From a cyanobacterium endosymbiont of Braarudosphaera bigelowii (GTDB lineage: Bacteria > Cyanobacteriota > Cyanobacteriia > Cyanobacteriales > Microcystaceae), in assembly GCF_020885515.1 (NCBI RefSeq), contig NZ_AP024987.1, positions 120,001 through 152,000 on the forward strand: a DNA stretch of 32,000 nt. Direction: 5' to 3'. The notes beneath the pieces were generated by a model. That model had not been told where the DNA came from and made no database searches. It saw only the letters and a list, made by a program, of their open reading frames with translations. This document shows, in pieces, positions 28,741-32,000 of the stretch (position 1 is its first letter; each line of letters opens with the position of its first letter). The translations under genes were made by a program, and so were the position numbers.

Positions 28741-30528
28741 ATGTTAACTCCACTTATTGGTTTTATTATTGGTTTAATATTATTAGAATTATGTTTTGGG
28801 ATGTATATGACTCGTATCATTTCATCCTTTTTTTTTAATATTTATCAAGTAAAAAATAATTTTTTTTGTATTTTAGGATTAGTTTTAATTTCTATTGCTT
28901 TAATAATTGGAATGGCAGGCTATTTAAGCTACATAACTGCCTACCAACTAAAAACTATAAGAATATTATTGAGTGTAATAGGATTTTTATTTCTAATTTT
29001 TGGTTTTCTTCAAAGTTTTAACATAGTTAAAAATCTCAAGAAGTATCTAAATCCTTTTTCTTACTTAATTTCGACTAAATTAATTTTAAGTATTCTTTCT
29101 CTAGGAATATTATTTTCTATTTTTTTAATTAGTTTCTTTGATTCAAATTATGGTGGTGATGCTTTTATGTATCATTTACCATTTGCAGCAAGAATTTGGA
29201 ATATTATTACTCCTGAAGAATATAGTTTTGAATACTATACCGAACACCGTTTTCTAGGATTTCCATTATTTGCAAATTGGTTACAAGGTCTTTTCTGGAA
29301 ACTTTTTCAAAAACCTGAAGCAACTAACTTAGTCAGCTATTTTAGTTTGTTGACCATGATCTCATATCTTAAATTATATTTAAGAATTCCTTTTTACATG
29401 GCTTCTTTATCTCTTTTAGCCATACCTATGGTCCATATGCATGCAGCAAGAAGTTATATAGATTTACCTGGAAATGTTTTTGTTTCAATCCTTATCTTAA
29501 CTACTTATTCTTTATATATTAAAAGAGCTTCTTTAGATCCAAAAACTCTTTCAATTATTTTTATTTCATCAACCATAGCAGCTAATACAAAATTTCAATT
29601 AATTCCTGTCGTCTTTATAGTTTTATGTTTTGTATTTTTTAAAATAATAAAAACTTTATTAAAAAACAAAAATAATTTCAATAAACTATTCAAAGGTTTA
29701 ATAATATGTTTATTGGCAAACTTAATTATTTTTTTCACACCTATCAAAAATACGATTGTATACTCTAATCCCTTTTACCCAGTACAGATAGAGGCTGCAG
29801 GGTTTGTTTTAAATAACAAAGAAACACCTCCTGATTTTATGCATGAGAACATAAAAAAACTTTCGCCCTATTTAAGATGGGGAAGATCAGTCTTGGAAAT
29901 AGATGTTTTTGATGATCGTAGACCTTGGCCTTGGACATTAGGAATGGACTTTATATCATGGGATGAAGAAAAATTTGGATTAGGAGGATATTTTGGAGGT
30001 TATGTGACTTTTAGTTTCTTATTATTTATATATCTCTGTTGGAAAAATTATAATTTAGAATCGCAGGTGGCTTTATCTACTATGGGTTTAATGACCATAG
30101 TGACGCCTCTATTCCCTCAATCATATGAGCTAAGATACTATATGTATTGGATGATAGTTCTAGTGAGTTTAAATTCTTTTTTAACTTGCCAGTTAGTACA
30201 AAAATCATCTAAAAAAACTGTTAATCCCAAAAATATTGCTCTAATTTCTACGATCTTTGTAATAGCTTTTATAGTTAAAACTAAATTTTTTTTTACTATT
30301 CCTGAATTTGCATCTTTTGACAAACAAATTATAAGAGAGGATATTGTAGATCAAGATATAATGCGCAATATTAATAATGGAGATAATGTTTGTATTGTTA
30401 ATAAAGCGCCTCATACCTTTCTATACAGTTCTTATTTTCATTTACCTAATCAATATTCTGTAAAAGCCGAGTTTAATATAGATTTAAACGAAGAAGAGTG
30501 TAAAGGTAGAAAGATTTTAAAAAATTAA
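28741..30528 (+). CDS. Multi-pass membrane protein, glycosyltransferase-like
   Basis: Many TM segments with luminal-type loop SNYGGDAFMYHLPFAARIWNIITPEEYSFEYYTEHRFLGFPLFANWLQGLFWKLF; adjacent to GT39-like gene. Confidence 0.65.
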   Translation: MLTPLIGFIIGLILLELCFGMYMTRIISSFFFNIYQVKNNFFCILGLVLISIALIIGMAGYLSYITAYQLKTIRILLSVIGFLFLIFGFLQSFNIVKNLKKYLNPFSYLISTKLILSILSLGILFSIFLISFFDSNYGGDAFMYHLPFAARIWNIITPEEYSFEYYTEHRFLGFPLFANWLQGLFWKLFQKPEATNLVSYFSLLTMISYLKLYLRIPFYMASLSLLAIPMVHMHAARSYIDLPGNVFVSILILTTYSLYIKRASLDPKTLSIIFISSTIAANTKFQLIPVVFIVLCFVFFKIIKTLLKNKNNFNKLFKGLIICLLANLIIFFTPIKNTIVYSNPFYPVQIEAAGFVLNNKETPPDFMHENIKKLSPYLRWGRSVLEIDVFDDRRPWPWTLGMDFISWDEEKFGLGGYFGGYVTFSFLLFIYLCWKNYNLESQVALSTMGLMTIVTPLFPQSYELRYYMYWMIVLVSLNSFLTCQLVQKSSKKTVNPKNIALISTIFVIAFIVKTKFFFTIPEFASFDKQIIREDIVDQDIMRNINNGDNVCIVNKAPHTFLYSSYFHLPNQYSVKAEFNIDLNEEECKGRKILKN

Positions 30529-30566
30529 CACAATAATATCTAAAGTTTGAAATACTAGTTTTTCTG

Positions 30567-32000
30567 ATGCTAAAAATTCAACAACATTCTAAGATCTACC
30601 TTGCTATTATTCTTATTTTTGCTTTTATATTGAGAGTAATATATCTAAATGAAATCCCAAATGGTTTTTTTACAGATGAAGCATCTAATGCTTATGATGC
30701 CTATTCGGTCCTTCACACTTTAAAGGATCAATATGGAAAATTTTTGCCATGGTATTTTAAGTCAGCAAATGATTATCGTGAGGGATTATATATATATATT
30801 ATGTTTCCTTTTATTAAAATTTTTGGCTTAAATCCACTTGGGGCAAGAATTATTTCATCTATTATTGGCACTCTAACAGTTTTAGTAACCTACTACCTGT
30901 CTAAAGAAATTTTTAACCAGAAAGTTGGATTATTATCTTCTCTTTTTTTGGCGATAATCCCTTGGCATATTCATTTTAGTCGTGTAACTTTTCGGGCAAT
31001 TTTGGTTCCATTTTTATTTTGTTTAGGTTTATTATTTTTTATAAAAAGTTTTAAGTATCCTAAATATTTGATAGTATCTAGTTTTACATTTGCTGTAAGT
31101 ATTTATACTTATAACTCTGCAAGGCTTTTTATACCATTATTTTTAATTGGATTGGTGACCGTATATTGGAAACATCTTTGGGTCAATAAAAACCTTACAA
31201 TTATATCTTTTATAATTTTTCTTACAATATTTTTTCCTCAACTTATCCACCAATTATCTCCTGAAGGTATGGCTAGGGCCAATACAGTAGGAATTAAAAC
31301 AGATATAAGTATAGTATTTCGTAATTATTTATCTTACTTCAATCCTAAATTTTTGTTTTTTGAAGGTGATCCAAGTCCGCGTCACACGGTCAATAAGGTG
31401 GCTGGATTATTTGTATTCCAATTACCTTTGTTGATACTAGGTATAGTAAGTTTAACTAGGGAAATTAATCCTTATAAATCAGTTATTTTACTTTGGCTAG
31501 TATTATATCCAATTCCTGCTGCTTTTATCTCAGCAGATAGTGCTGTGAGAACATTAGTCGTCACACCTCTTTTTTCAATTATCTCAGCTTACACAATTTT
31601 TAAAATAATTGATATTTTTAATAAAAAATATCAATATATTGTTACGTGTTTAATGATTTCTATTCTTGTTTCTAATATAGCAATTTTTTGTAAACGATAT
31701 TTTATTGAATATCCAGGATGGCATACTGATGTTTGGCTATCTACCCTAGGAGAAACAATAAGTTATGCTAATCAAACTTCCTATGAATGTATTGTTTATA
31801 GTAATAATGCTTACGGAAATTATGCATATATACTCATCCCATTTTTTACACAAATACTTCCTGATGAATATCATAAATTTAATGTGGATGTTTCGGTAAA
31901 CCGGTTAGATATGGGTAGATGGAATATAAAAGAATTGGAGACTTCTGAAGATTTAAATACTAGCTGTCTTTATCTTCTAAGTGGTGATCCCAATGCTAAT
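30567..32000 (+). CDS. ArnT/PMT-like (GT39-type) membrane glycosyltransferase, truncated by window end
   Basis: My translation from ATG 30567 stays open to 32000: MLKIQQHSKIYLAIILIFAFILRVIYLNEIPNGFFTDEASNAYDAYSVLHTLKDQYGKFLPWYFKSANDYREGLYIYIMFPFIKIFGLNPLGARIISSIIGTLTV; the DEA/Y-rich first loop is typical. Confidence 0.8.
   Translation, partial: MLKIQQHSKIYLAIILIFAFILRVIYLNEIPNGFFTDEASNAYDAYSVLHTLKDQYGKFLPWYFKSANDYREGLYIYIMFPFIKIFGLNPLGARIISSIIGTLTVLVTYYLSKEIFNQKVGLLSSLFLAIIPWHIHFSRVTFRAILVPFLFCLGLLFFIKSFKYPKYLIVSSFTFAVSIYTYNSARLFIPLFLIGLVTVYWKHLWVNKNLTIISFIIFLTIFFPQLIHQLSPEGMARANTVGIKTDISIVFRNYLSYFNPKFLFFEGDPSPRHTVNKVAGLFVFQLPLLILGIVSLTREINPYKSVILLWLVLYPIPAAFISADSAVRTLVVTPLFSIISAYTIFKIIDIFNKKYQYIVTCLMISILVSNIAIFCKRYFIEYPGWHTDVWLSTLGETISYANQTSYECIVYSNNAYGNYAYILIPFFTQILPDEYHKFNVDVSVNRLDMGRWNIKELETSEDLNTSCLYLLSGDPNAN

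Noticed and set aside
30138-30323. Minus-strand ORF within the membrane protein gene
   Set aside because: No motif; overlaps a long supported ORF.
1-32000. CRISPR arrays, transposases, toxin-antitoxin pairs, retrons, phage genes
   Set aside because: No regularly spaced direct repeats, no transposase/integrase/RT motifs and no short overlapping TA-like gene pairs were seen; the RHH-like protein at 10102 lacks a toxin partner.

Overview
AT-rich (~30% GC by eye) chromosomal window from a cyanobacterium. Supporting genes: ycf46, ycf35, ftrV, chlD, cyanobacterial-type gshA, RRM rbp genes, cofG. Gene content and roomy AT-rich spacers resemble a reduced unicellular nitrogen-fixing lineage (UCYN-A / Crocosphaera-like), but I cannot prove taxonomy from sequence reading alone. 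About 20 credible protein genes, two tRNAs (Met-CAU, Asn-GUU) and no rRNA, CRISPR array, transposase or phage genes. Most genes are ordinary housekeeping genes, and I found no multi-gene novel defence or mobile system. The signals worth follow-up are noncoding: (1) a perfect, spacer-less 92-bp palindrome (26898-26989) overlapping the stop codon of an RRM gene; (2) a candidate ~75-nt sRNA (about 19437-19511) with TTGACC-N16-TATAAT promoter, C-rich CACCACCTC segment and GGCT-ATA-AGCC-T8 terminator; (3) a series of unrelated but long, near-perfect inverted repeats in spacers (29, 20, 18, 16, 16 and 13-bp arms), including a tandem pair after ycf35; (4) two paralogous rbp genes with matching -10 boxes and structured leaders; (5) long gene-free gaps. 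Coordinates of hairpins were derived by manual base counting.
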